64,000 nucleotides of DNA from Eledone cirrhosa (taxonomy: Eukaryota), in the NCBI GenBank assembly GCA_964016885.1, contig OZ024763.1, forward strand, positions 12,648,001 to 12,712,000, read 5' to 3'. The notes under the pieces were generated by a model. The model did no database searches. It saw nothing but the letters and a program-made list of their open reading frames with translations, and was not told the origin of the DNA. Positions within the stretch are counted from its first letter, which is position 1, and each line of letters opens with the position of its first letter. Positions 38,737-51,820 of this stretch are shown here, piece after piece. The position numbers were made by a program, and so were the translations under genes.

Positions 38737-41356
38737 TAGGTTAACGCTCGAATTAGGTTAACGCTTGAAGTGGGTTAACGCTTGAATTAGGTTAACGCTT
38801 GAATTAGGTTAACGCTTGAATTAGGTTAACGCTTGAAGTGGGTTAACGCTTGAATTAGGTTAACGCTTGAAGTGGGTTAACGCTCGAATTAGGTTAACGC
38901 TTGAATTAGGTTAACGCTTGAAGTGGGTTAACGCTCGAATTAGGTTAACGCTTGAATTAGGCTAACGCTTGAATTAGGTTAACGCTTGAATTAGGTTAAC
39001 GCTTGAAGTGGGTTAACGCTTGAATTAGGTTAACGCTTGAATTAGGTTAACGCTTGAATTAGGTTAACGCTTGAAGTGGGTTAACGCTTGAATTAGGTTA
39101 ACGCTTGAATTAGGTTAACGCTTGAATTAGGTTAACGCTTGAATTAGGTTAACGCTTGAAGTGGGTTAACGCTCGAATTAGGTTAACGCTTGAATTAGGT
39201 TAACGCTTGAAGTGGGTTAACGCTTGAATTAGGTTAACGCTTGAATTAGGTTAACGCTTGAAGTGGGTTAACGCTTGAATTAGGTTAACGCTTGAATTAG
39301 GTTAACGCTTGAAGTGGGTTAACGCTTGAATTAGGTTAACGCTTGAATTAGGTTAACGCTTGAATTAGGTTAACGCTTGAAGTGGGTTAACGCTCGAATT
39401 AGGTTAACGCTTGAATTAGGTTAACGCTTGAATTAGGTTAACGCTTGAAGTGGGTTAACGCTTGAATTAGGTTAACGCTTGAATTAGGTTAACGCTTGAA
39501 TTAGGTTAACGCTTGAAGTGGGTTAACGCTCGAATTAGGTTAACGCTTGAATTAGGTTAACGCTTGAAGTGGGGTTAACGCTTGAATTAGGTTAACGCTT
39601 GAATTAGGTTAACGCTTGAAGTGGGTTAACGCTTGAATTAGGTTAACGCTTGAATTAGGTTAACGCTTGAAGTGGGTTAACGCTTGAATTAGGTTAACGC
39701 TTGAATTAGGTTAACGCTTGAATTAGGTTAACGCTTGAATTAGGTTAACGCTTGAATTAGGTTAACGCTTGAAGTGGGTTAACGCTTGAATTAGGTTAAC
39801 GCTTGAATTAGGTTAACGCTTGAATTAGGTTAACGCTTGAAGTGGGTTAACGCTTGAATTAGGTTAACGCTTGAAGTGGGTTAACGCTTGAATTAGGTTA
39901 ACGCTTGAATTAGGTTAACGCTTGAATTAGGTTAACGCTTGAAGTGGGTTAACGCTTGAATTAGGTTAACGCTTGAATTAGGTTAACGCTTGAAGTGGGT
40001 TAACGCTTGAATTAGGTTAACGCTTGAAGTGGGTTAACGCTCGAATTAGGTTAACGCTTGAATTAGGTTAACGCTTGAAGTGGGTTAACGCTTGAATTAG
40101 GTTAACGCTTGAATTAGGTTAACGCTTGAAGTGGGTTAACGCTTGAATTAGGTTAACGCTTGAATTAGGTTAACGCTTGAAGTGGGTTAACGCTTGAATT
40201 AGGTTAACGCTTGAATTAGGTTAACGCTTGAATTAGGTTAACGCTTGAAGTGGGTTAACGCTCGAATTAGGTTAACGCTTGAATTAGGTTAACGCTTGAA
40301 TTAGGTTAACGCTTGAAGTGGGTTAACGCTTGAATTAGGTTAACGCTTGAATTAGGTTAACGCTTGAATTAGGTTAACGCTTGAAGTGGGTTAACGCTCG
40401 AATTAGGTTAACGCTTGAATTAGGTTAACGCTTGAAGTGGGTTAACGCTTGAATTAGGTTAACGCTTGAATTAGGTTAACGCTTGAAGTGGGTTAACGCT
40501 TGAATTAGGTTAACGCTTGAATTAGGTTAACGCTTGAAGTGGGTTAACGCTTGAATTAGGTTAACGCTTGAATTAGGTTAACGCTTGAATTAGGTTAACG
40601 CTTGAAGTGGGTTAACGCTCGAATTAGGTTAACGCTTGAATTAGGTTAACGCTTGAATTAGGTTAACGCTTGAAGTGGGTTAACGCTTGAAGTGGGTTAA
40701 CGCTTGAATTAGGTTAACGCTTGAATTAGGTTAACGCTTGAATTAGGTTAACGCTTGAATTAGGTTAACGCTTGAATTAGGCTAACGCTTGAATTAGGTT
40801 AACGCTTGAAGTGGGTTAACGCTTGAAGTGGGTTAACGCTTGAATTAGGTTAACGCTTGAATTAGGTTAACGCTTGAATTAGGCTAACGCTTGAAGTGGG
40901 TTAACGCTTGAAGTGGGTTAACGCTTGAATTAGGTTAACGCTTGAATTAGGTTAACGCTTGAATTAGGCTAACGCTTGAATTAGGTTAACGCTTGAAGTG
41001 GGTTAACGCTTGAAGTGGGTTAACGCTTGAATTAGGTTAACGCTTGAATTAGGTTAACGCTTGAATTAGGTTAACGCTTGAATTAGGCTAACGCTTGAAT
41101 TAGGTTAACGCTTGAAGTGGGTTAACGCTTGAAGTGGGTTAACGCTTGAATTAGGTTAACGCTTGAATTAGGTTAACGCTTGAATTAGGTTAACGCTTGA
41201 ATTAGGTTAACGCTTGAATTAGGCTAACGCTTGAATTAGGTTAACGCTTGAAGTGGGTTAACGCTTGAATTAGGTTAACGCTTGAATTAGGTTAACGCTT
41301 GAAGTGGGTTAACGCTTGAATTAGGTTAACGCTTGAATTAGGCTAACGCTTGAAGA
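38737..41356. repeat. 17-bp satellite GGTTAACGCTTGAA(TTA/GTG), ~150 units
   Basis: Two main variants are interspersed, with minor GCTCGAA and GGCTAAC variants. Confidence 0.97.
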
Positions 41357-41357
41357 G

Positions 41358-41394
41358 GGTCTTAACGTTTCGGACGCTAGTCCTTCACCAGAAG
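41358..41394 (-). ncRNA. Decayed minimal hammerhead motif at the satellite boundary
   Basis: Minus strand reads TCTT CTGGTGA AGGAC-TAGC-GTCC GAAACGTT AAGACC. Confidence 0.55.
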
Positions 41395-41495
41395 AAAGAA
41401 TGAGAAATAAAATAGATTGAGGGACGGGGGGGGGGATGTCCATTGTTTACGTTCTTCGATCTCTCTTTTTCTTTCACTGGGAATTTAAAACATAT

Positions 41496-41573
41496 TTGAT
41501 TGATTCTGATGAGTTATGCCTGCAGAGATATCACTTCTTTCTAGTCTAACGAAACGTCCGTAAATCCATTAAA
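41496..41573 (+). ncRNA. Type I hammerhead ribozyme, intact core
   Basis: TTTGATTGATT CTGATGA GTTA..TAAC GAAAC GTCC GTA AATCCATTAAA; stem I pairs at 10 of 11 positions counting G-U. Confidence 0.8.
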
Positions 41574-41598
41574 TACTTTAATAATAAACCTTGTCTAA

Positions 41599-41753
<155 letters not shown>

Positions 41754-41875
41754 CGTGCGTGTGTGCGTGTGTGTGTTTACAGTAGTTAAATACATCCATA
41801 CAAACGTATATGCTAATAAACGCAGAAACTCCCTCCCGCCATATATATATATGTGTGTATGTATATCCGTGTGCT

Positions 41876-41933
<58 letters not shown>

Positions 41934-42117
41934 GTAAGTGTACATGTATATGTTTATTTGTGTGTGTGTGCGTGCGTGTGTGTGTGTGTGATTTGAATGT
42001 TATTGCTTTCATGTGTATTTTACATTCATATTGATAAATATCTACGGTTGATTCTACATCTATTCGCACACATACACACACACATATACATACATACGTA
42101 CATACATACACACACAC

Positions 42118-43649
42118 ATATCCTATAATGGTGTCTGTAATAAGGAACGCGTAACCAGGGAATACTACACCCGATTAAGAAAGATTTGGTCATCGGAACT
42201 CTCTACGCAAAACAAAACAGTGGCTCACAATGTGTTTGCTGTGCCTGTCCTAACACCAACGTTTGGAATACTCAATTGGACGATAGACGAAATACGAGCA
42301 GTTGATGTTGGAACTCGAAAAATACTGAACAACACCGGAAACTTCCACATCAACAGTGACATAGACCGCCTTTACTTGAAACGTAAGCAGGGAGGCAGAG
42401 GCCTAACATCAGTCCAGACAACATTTGAATGTCGCATCATATCCCTCCAACAACATCTACGAACCTCGAAGCGTAGGAGCCCGTTTCTCGAGCAAGTCTA
42501 TCTGCATGAAACAGATAAGATCATGAGAGTTGGGAAGGAACTCCTCGAGAGATATTCCCTGTGTGATAATCAAAACCTCACACCCAGGGAAGTCGCTCAG
42601 CAGTATCGCAGTGAATCCATGGATGAAAAACTGCATGCTTATCAGCAAAAAATCATGCATGGATATGTTGCCAGGGAGTCCAGAGTGAGAGTAATATAGA
42701 TAAGTAAAGTAGTCTATCTTGGACCAACAACCGCTATATTGGCTCCCACTTTGACGGATATGCTTTTGTAATCCAAGAACAGAAAATTAACACGAAATAC
42801 CTGATTCACAAAAGAGATAGAGATGCAGGCAAAACACTTAGATGTCATAACAAGTGCAGACTCTGCAGAATTTACATCGAGGATATCACCCATGTCATCA
42901 GCAGCTGTCCAAAGATGTCATCACGGTAGTATCTACCTATGAGGCATGATGTAGTGGCCAAAACACTATACAATGCAATCCGTAGAAAAGATAATACAGC
43001 AATGTGGAAGACAACCATATACATAATATGAAAGAGTACTGGTGGAATGTTCCAGTAAAAACCCCAATAAAATGCAGACATAACAGACCAGATATTATGA
43101 TATGGGACAGGGAAAAGAAAGCATCCACAGTAGTGGAAATTAGCTGCCCAGCAGATGCCAATATAATATCAAAGATTAACGAAAAGGAGAATATTTATGC
43201 AGAACTGATGAGAAATCTGCAGATACTCCACACTGATTACACCTTCAGATTTATGCCTGTGATTATTGGGGCACTGGGGTATGTTAGTAACTGCCTCAAT
43301 ACAAATCTTGAGAAGTTAGGCTTCACAGGAACAGAAAGAACACAACTAGTTAGGAAATTACAAGTACAAACCATTAATGGAACAGTAGAAATATGTAAAA
43401 CATTCCAAAAATGTTGCATCTAATAACTGCACATACACATGTACAGATACAAAGCATATACACATGCACACATACAACTCAAAACATCCACATCCACACA
43501 TACAATAACATCCATATCTACACATGCAGACATACATATCTACCGAGTTGATGTGTAAATTCCAATGAGAGAGTCTTGTGTCTATGTTAGAAACCGACTC
43601 TCTCTCTATTGGGAAAATATTTATGAAATTATAAAACCAGAAGAACTAA
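42118..43649 (+). mobile_element. 5'-truncated, decayed R4/Dong-clade non-LTR retrotransposon (RT C-terminus, CCHC knuckle, restriction-like endonuclease, 3' UTR)
   Basis: Motifs: EYYTRLRKIWSSELS..NK, FHINSDIDRLYLKRKQGGRGL, CRLCRIYIEDITHVISSC, RHDVVAK and RPDIMIWDREKKASTVVEISCP. Internal stops and frameshifts are present; the ORF stops at 43423. A 3' UTR hairpin lies at ~43561-43613. Confidence 0.9.
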
Positions 43650-43651
43650 CA

Positions 43652-43685
<34 letters not shown>

Positions 43686-43841
43686 CAGACACACATATAC
43701 ATACAGACACATATACATACATACAGACACATATACATACAGACACATATACATACATACAGACACATATACATACATACAGACACATACATACACACAT
43801 ACATACGTACATACATATATACACACATAATACATACATAC

Positions 43842-43872
<31 letters not shown>

Positions 43873-44959
43873 TGCATACACATCGCGCACGTATAGACAG
43901 CATAGAAGCACTCCTAATACACACATATACACACACATATGCATACAAGTACAATTATGCACATACACACACATATATACACACATGCACACAAGTACAT
44001 ACATGCACAGACACACAGATGCACACAAGTACATACATGCACACACATAAACACATGCACACACACACACTCACACATGGAGACACATGCACACACACAC
44101 ACACACACACACATATAAACACATGCACATACACACACATATAAACACATGCACACAAGTACATACATGCACACACACACACTCACACATGGAGAAACAT
44201 GCACACACACACACACATATATATATATAGACACATGTACACAAGTACATACATGTACACACACACATATAAAGAGATGCACACAAGTACATACATGCAC
44301 ACACACACTCACACATGGAGACACAAGCACACATACACACACACACACACAAGTATATATATGTACACACACACACACACACACATGCCGAGTTTTCCAA
44401 TAAAACACGAAGCAATGACACTTCTATCGATCTATCGATCTCTGGTTCGAAAATATTGGTAAAATGTCCCTTTGATATTTGTGTGTTGATTGTTAGTGGA
44501 CAGCTATGGTGGAGATATATGTAGGGGAGGGGGAGATAGGGGAGGTGAGAGGGGGAGATAGGGGAGAGAGAGGGAGAGACAGAAGGAGGGAGAAGTGGGG
44601 GGAGAGGAGAGAGAAGCAGGGGGTAGGGATAGGTGAGATGGGGGTAGGGGAGGTGAGAGAAGAGGAAGGAGATAGGGGAGAGATTGAGGGGGAGAAAGGA
44701 GGGAGGGAGAGGGAGAGGGGGGAGAAGGGAGGGAGGGAGAGAGAGAGGGGGATAGAGATGGAGAGAGAGAAGAGGAGAGAGAAGCGGAGGGAGAGGGGAA
44801 ACGGTGGGGTGAGAGAAGGGGAATAGGGGAAGAGAGAGTGATGGAGAGAGAGAGAAAGAAGGAGGCAGAGGAGAGGGAGAGAAGGAGGCAGAGGCGAGGA
44901 GAGAGAGAGAGGGGAACTATTGCTACCACTGTACTACCATCGCCACAACCACTGTCATT

Positions 44960-45900
44960 ATACCATTACTACTACTGCTACACTACTACTATACTACCAA
45001 CATCATACCATTACTACTACTACCACCACCATACCATTACCACCACCGCCATATCACTACGACTACTACTACTACTACCATTACCACCACCACCATATCA
45101 CTACTACTACTACCATACCATTACCACCACCGCCATATCACTACTACTACTACCATTACCACCACCACCATATCACTACTACTACTACTACCATTACCAC
45201 TACCACCATATCACTACTACTACTACCGTACCATTACCACCACCACCATATCACTACTACTACTACTACCATTACCACCACCACCATATCACTACTACTA
45301 CCATACCATTACCACCATATCACTACTACTACTACTTCCATTACCACCATATCACTACTACTACTACCATACCATTACCACCACCGCCATATCACTACTA
45401 CTACTACCATACCATTACCACCACCGCCATATCACTACTACTACTATTACCACCACCACCATATCACTACTACTACCATACCACCACCGCCATATCACTA
45501 CTACTACTACTACTACTACCATACCATTACCACCACCGCCATATCACTACTACTACTATTACCACCACCACCATATCACTACTACTACCATACCACCACC
45601 GCCATATCACTACTACTACTACTACTACCATACCATTACCACCACCGCCATATCACTACTACTACTATTACCACCACCACCATATCACTACTACTACCAC
45701 ACCACCACCGCCATATCACTACTACTACTACTACTACCATACCATTACCACCACCGCCATATCACTACTACTACTATTACCACCACCACCATATCACTAC
45801 TACTACCATACCACCACCGCCATATCACTACTACTACTACTACTACTACCATACCATTACCACCACCGCCATATCACTACTACTGCTGCCACAACACCAT
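44960..45900. repeat. (TAC/CAC)-based compound minisatellite
   Basis: Units such as CCATATCACTACTACTACTACCATACCATTACCACCACCG. Confidence 0.9.
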
Positions 45901-45966
45901 ACCATCACCACCAATCTACCACCTCTGTAACGAACTTAATAACATTACTTTACCTCCTCCGGTGAA

Positions 45967-46143
45967 TTGGCAGTATCGGTAGAGCGTCGGACGCCATGCT
46001 TTGACGCATAGAGTTTCGGCCCTTGCCATTCTGAGTTCAAATCCCGCTGAGGTTAATTTTGCCTTTCATCCTTACGGGGTCGATAACATAAAGTACCAGT
46101 AATGTACTGAGGTCATTGCTGGCCTTGTGCCAATAGTAGAAAC
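45967..46143 (+). mobile_element. SINE family 1 copy
   Basis: A box, B box and core. Confidence 0.85.
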
Positions 46144-46239
46144 AGTTATCTTACCTCCACCACACAACTACTATAATCATCACTATCAACATGACCACCG
46201 TACTACCACCACCACCACCACCACCACCATAACCACCAC

Positions 46240-46640
46240 ACCACACTACTACCACCACTACAGCATAACTTACACCATTACAACCACCACAACGACCTCC
46301 ATAACCAGCACACTACCACGACCGCAACAACCACTATAATCAACACTATCATTATAATCAACTCCATCACACCACACTACCACCACCACTACAGCATAAC
46401 TTACACCATTACAACCACCACAACGACCTCCATAACCAGCACACTACCACGACCGCAACAACCACTATAATCAACACTATCATTATAATCAACTCCATCA
46501 CACCACACTACCACCACCACTACAGCATAACTTACACCATTACAACCACCACAACGACCTCCATAACCAGCACACTACCACCACCGCAACAACCACCATA
46601 ATCAACACGACCATCATAATCAACACCATCACCATAACAC
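46240..46640. repeat. 131-bp tandem repeat, 3 units
   Basis: CAGCATAACTTACACC at 46261, 46392 and 46523. Confidence 0.9.
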
Positions 46641-47111
46641 TACACTACCACTACAGCAACAGCATAACCTACACTACTACCACCATGACCAGCACCATAC
46701 TACCGCCACACTACTACCATAACATACACCACTACCACCATAACCAGCGCTAATGTCAATACCACTACCAGTATCATACAAAAATAACCAACTTTCTTGA
46801 CTATGAGAGAGAGAGAGAAAGTGGGAGTGAGAGAGTGAGAGTGGGAGAGAGAGAGAAAGTGGGAGTGAGAGAGTGAGAGTGGGAGAGAGAGAGAGAGAGT
46901 GAGAGAGAGTGAGAGGGAGAGAGGGAGTGAGAGAGAGAAAGGGAGAAAAGAGTGAGAGAGAGAGAGAAAAGGAGAAAAGAGTGAGAGAGAGAGAGGGAGA
47001 AAAGAGTGAGAGAGAGAGAGAGAGAGAAAAGAGTGAGAGAGAGAGAGAGAAAGAAAGGGAGAAAAGAGTGAGAGAGAGAGAGAGGAAAGGAAGATAGGGA
47101 GAGATTAGAGA

Positions 47112-47212
47112 GCGAGACTATAATCTTTTCACACCGGAAGTTCTTTGAGCGGAAACTTGCACAAATTGCAAAAGACAAGTTTCAAACTTCATCGAACGGC
47201 AGCCATTTTAGA
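47112..47212 (+). promoter_or_regulatory. Candidate housekeeping-type promoter
   Basis: ETS site ACCGGAAGT, a second GCGGAAA, YY1-type GGCAGCCATTTT and a GACTATAAT motif cluster within 100 bp of unique sequence. Confidence 0.3.
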
Positions 47213-47491
47213 CGTACGACAAGGTTTCTTTTCTCTATCCTTATCTCTTGTCTTTTCTTAATTCCTTCTTTCATGTCTTTTATTGATTCTTGCTTTCTTT
47301 CTGATATGGGTAGGCGCCTAGAGTGCATCTTTCGCCTACCTTCTCGCCTCAACCCTTGTTTTAAATAACAGGCACATGCCCCTAGCCGAGTCACCTCACA
47401 TCATGCTAGGCACCGATAGGGGCTCCTACCAACTCCTATTTCAAGGACTTATGAAAACACTCTCTCCGTTTTTCTGAACACACACGCTCAT

Positions 47492-47525
<34 letters not shown>

Positions 47526-47531
47526 AGTGAA

Positions 47532-47850
47532 GGCGCATGGCTTAGTGGCTAGAGTGTTGGGTTTGTAATCGTAAGATTGTGAGTTCAATTCCTGTACCGG
47601 GTGATGTGCTGTGTCCTCGACCGAGACACTTTATTTCCCGTTGCCCCACTTTACTCAGCTGCAGAAATAGGTTGTGACGTCACTGGTGCCAAGCTGTATC
47701 AATCATTGCCTTTCCCTTGGACAACATCGGCGACGTGGAGAGAGGAGACTAGCATGCATGGTGGACTGCTGGACTTCCCCAGACACCCCTTGCCGGGAAA
47801 CTGCCAAGGTACAAAACCCATGGTCATTCGTGACAGAAGGGGACCTTTAC
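47532..47850 (+). mobile_element. SINE family 2 copy
   Basis: GGCGCATGGCTTAGTGG A box, GAGTTCAATTCC B box, GACACTTTATTTC body. Confidence 0.8.
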
Positions 47851-47852
47851 TC

Positions 47853-47930
<78 letters not shown>

Positions 47931-47934
<4 letters not shown>

Positions 47935-48039
47935 GAGCTTCTACAGGACTAGAATTGTTTCATTCGTGAGAAATCATCAGGAAGCTGGCTGATGATTTCT
48001 CACGAATGAAACAGTTCTAGTCCTGTAGAAGCTCTTCTA
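47931..48039. ncRNA. Head-to-head pair of hammerhead motifs forming a fold-back
   Basis: Minus copy: AGCTTC CTGATGA TTTC-TCAC-GAAT GAAACA..TGTA GAAGCT. The plus copy has the same core but lacks the 5' strand of stem I. A truncated third copy is at ~48469-48590. Confidence 0.8.
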
Positions 48040-48113
48040 TATTAAAACATTTATACTCTGCTATGTATTGAATACCTTACTTACTGTGGTTACCTCCGAT
48101 TCAACCCGGAATA

Positions 48114-48153
<40 letters not shown>

Positions 48154-48324
48154 AAAGTTTTATTTAAAATTGTTGGGTTACAACAAGTAAATATTTTATA
48201 ACTGATATAAAGCACTCGACAAGTTTTGGAGTAGATATACGATATTAAAAAAATACTACCAAAACCGGCTTCCTACATAACGGTTGCTCAATATTTATGG
48301 TACGTCAAAATTATTTATATATTG

Positions 48325-48390
48325 TATTTTATCTGAAGAAGGCATGCCATATTTTTAATATGGTATCCCCGAAATATGTATAATGAAATA
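48325..48390 (+). ncRNA. Type I hammerhead ribozyme, intact core
   Basis: TATTTTAT CTGAAGA AGG-C-ATGCCATATT-TTT-AATATGGTAT-CCCC GAAAT ATGT ATA ATGAAATA. Confidence 0.75.
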
Positions 48391-48586
48391 TGTATAATGA
48401 AATAAATATACCTTCCATTTGTTTAATATCGTATATATATATATATTATATATATTATATATATATATGATCATTTCTCCCGAATGAAACAGTTCTAGTC
48501 CTGTAGAAGCCATTTCTATATTGACTATTTATACTCTTCTATGAGTACCTTACTTACTCTGGTTACCCCCGATTGAACCCGGGATA

Positions 48587-48648
<62 letters not shown>

Positions 48649-48997
48649 CACCTCCGGTTTTAGGACAAATGAGGTTCCTTTGAACGTTTGACATTTGAAA
48701 AACATTTGAAAAATCCATCGTAAACAATTTTGGGGCTAGCAGCTGAGGCTCCCCAGGCCAACGGGACCCTGTGCTTCAGCACACCCAGTCACAATGGTAA
48801 ATCCGACACTGTATATCCCTTTGTGGCAACAAATCCAGAGAAATCCTACAGCAACCCTATGACAGTATGGAGGAGGAGTTGGGGACCAATAACAGAGAAC
48901 ATATGTGAATGTCGACGAGACAGACTACTGAAAGGTGACTAGCATGCATGGGCGACTGCTGGACATGTTAGTACTTGATGAAGATATACATATATAT

Positions 48998-49377
48998 CAT
49001 CATCATCGTTTTACGTCCACTTTTCCCTGCTTGCAAGGGTGGGACGGGAACTTATTCTGGCTTGATTTCTACAGCTGGATGCCCTTCCTAACACCAACCT
49101 CATTTACAGTGAGTGCTGGGTGCTTTTTTGCTGTGGCACCTCCACGTCCACTTTACAGTGTGGGCTGGGTACTTTTTTGCCGTGGCACCTCCACGACCAC
49201 TTTGCAGTGGAATGATAGGGACCCCAGTCCCTATCATCTCATTTCTACAGCTGAGTAAACTGGAGCAATGTGAAATAAAGTGTCTTGCTCAAGGAAACAA
49301 CACATCACCCGGTCTGAGAATTGAACTCACAACCTTTCGATTGCAAGGCCAATGCTCTAACCACTAAGCCATGTGCC
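48998..49377 (-). mobile_element. SINE family 2 head joined to an RTE-like 3' tail ending in (GAT)n
   Basis: Minus strand has the head GGCACATGGCTTAGTGGTTAGAG..GAGTTCAATTC and the tail GGAAGGGCATCCAGC..GGACGTAAAACGATGATGATG. Confidence 0.7.
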
Positions 49378-49729
49378 TACACACACACACACACCCACCC
49401 ACTAAGAAGAGCGCTTAAGTAGTCGAAGTGTACGATAAAGTTATATCTGTATAATTATATCTATCTGTATAATTATATATATATACTGTTATACTTTGGG
49501 AGGGTCATGTTGGTCAATAAGAAACACACGCATCAGTTGCTTTCACTTCAATTTATTATAATAAATTTATAAATTTAGTAATTTATAAATTTCCGGTTGG
49601 TTGGTTGGTTTCACAATGAACAGGTCACAGAATGTGTGACGAAAGAACTTTGACAATATATAAACAATCATATATTGAGTAAAATGACAGGAGGCCGGAC
49701 TGGTGAAATTCCTTCAAAGATTTATAATA

Positions 49730-49798
49730 GCAAACACTATGTACATTTCAGTAGCCAAGTTCCATAAGGTTCTGGCGACATCATCAGGTGTTAATTGC
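49730..49798 (-). ncRNA. Type I hammerhead ribozyme, intact core
   Basis: Minus strand reads AACAC CTGATGA TGTCGCCAG..TTGGCTACT GAAAT GTAC ATA GTGTT; loop 3 (GTAC) is palindromic. Confidence 0.8.
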
Positions 49799-50056
49799 AT
49801 AATAGTTATATAATAAATGAATCATGGTAGACACAATCCAAGAGGCTAAAAAAACATGTTTTTGACTCGAAGGCGATGAAGAGGGCCAGTTGTTGTCAGT
49901 TTGGCTGACCACCTTACTCAATAATTATTAACTCCGTTCTCGCACCACCAACAAGATTCAACAAGATGGATGAGTTGCATAACGTCGAGTGCTTTTCATC
50001 ATGGATGACTATACGAAATGACCAATTCTATCTAGTGGTGAACCACCAAACTTTTT

Positions 50057-50108
<52 letters not shown>

Positions 50109-50193
50109 AAAAAGGTGTGGACGTTAGAAAACGTTCTATTCAGATAACATTATATAAGGAGAATGATAAAAAAGGGTTTGAAAAGCGCATCTC

Positions 50194-50251
<58 letters not shown>

Positions 50252-50281
50252 GTATATATATATATATATACGTATTTATAA

Positions 50282-50334
<53 letters not shown>

Positions 50335-50342
<8 letters not shown>

Positions 50343-51020
50343 AAATTAAGTATGTGTGTGTGTCTATGTGTGTATTACCTATAGGGGCCTACATCTTACG
50401 ACTGATTTTCATGAAACTTTACAGGCTCATAGATTAGTCATCAGGGAGTGTTTTCTATATATCAGCGTATCGTTTTTTTTTTTATTCCGGGGTCATTCTG
50501 CAGATGAAAATCGACAGGGGGAGTCACCTTTTTTTAGGTATCGAAAAATAAGATTTTTGGATCTAGCTCCCACATTTTGCCACCAATTTCGTTCAAATTT
50601 TAAAGCAAAATAGAATTTATCATTGCACATCCTGTAATGGCTTTATATTTTGCATTTGTTGTTCAGGGACGGCGTGGCAGCCACTTAAATATTCAAAAAT
50701 ACCACTTTTAGACTCAAATTTCCACTTTTTCGGCTCTAGCTCCCACATTAATCAACCTACTTCGTTCAAATTTTACACTACGCTAGATCTGAATATTTCA
50801 CGTCTTAAAGTGGTTTTAGATTCAGGAACGGCGTGGCAGCCGCTTAAATATTCGAAAATACCACTTTTTCGCTCAAATATCCACCTTTTCGGTTCTAGCT
50901 CCCACATTTTTCAACCGATTTCGTTCAAATTCGATACTTCGGCTCCATCTCGCACATAAATCAATTTATTTGGTTCAACTTTTACACTACGATAGAACCT
51001 ATCATTGCACATCCTATAGA
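50335..51020 (+). mobile_element. Helitron/Helentron-like non-autonomous element with degenerate internal ~130-180 bp repeats
   Basis: Starts TATATAAAA + (TG)n + GATTTTCATGAAACTTT. TCTAGCTCCCACAT occurs three times and GGCGTGGCAGCC twice. Confidence 0.4.
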
Positions 51021-51250
51021 TGGTCAAAGGCAAAACGATGGCCACTGACGTCGTCTGAGCTTTTAGTTCTGTATTTGAGAATTCATCGGTTTCCAATCAA
51101 GTAGCGTGAGGAAATTTGGCTTAGTGTTAGAGGTCATTACCTCCCTCCCCCAGCATGCCCCTTCCTCAGTGATAGAGGTCATCACCACCCTCCCCCGCAT
51201 GTCAGCAACCAATAAATGTAATTAAGGTGTAACCAATCGTCCTTGTTATC

Positions 51251-51281
<31 letters not shown>

Positions 51282-51451
51282 CATTGAAGTTGGTGGTACA
51301 CCACTGGATAGAACTGGTCATTCTGTATAGTTAACCATGATGCAATAGTAGGAAAAAGCACTCAACGTACGCAACTCAGTCATCTTTGATGTAAGATTCT
51401 GTTGGTGGTGCGGGAACGATATATATATAGGAAGACAAATAGATGGGTAGG

Positions 51452-51820
51452 TATATAGACGGAGGTGTAGTATATATTTATGTAGACGGAGGTGTAGTAT
51501 ATATTTATGTAGACGGAGGTGTAGTATATATTTATGTAGACGGACGTGTAGTATATATTTATGTAGACGGACGTGTAGTATATATTTATATAGACGGACG
51601 TGTAGTATATATTTATGTAGACGGAGGTGTAGTATATATTTATGTAGACGGACGTGTAGTATATATTTATATAGACGGACGTGTAGTATATATTTATGTA
51701 GACGGACGTGTAGTATATATTTATATAGACGGACGTGTAGTATATATTTATATAGACGGACGTGTAGTATATATTTATGTAGACGGACGTGTAGTATATA
51801 TTTATGTAGACGGGGGTGTA
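51452..51820. repeat. 27-bp minisatellite (GTAGTATATATTTATGTAGACGGACGT)n
   Basis: About 13 units. Confidence 0.95.

Noticed and set aside
38737-41356. Telomeric repeat (TTAGG within the unit) or CRISPR array
   Set aside because: TTAGG is only part of a 17-mer and is not tandem; there are no spacers.
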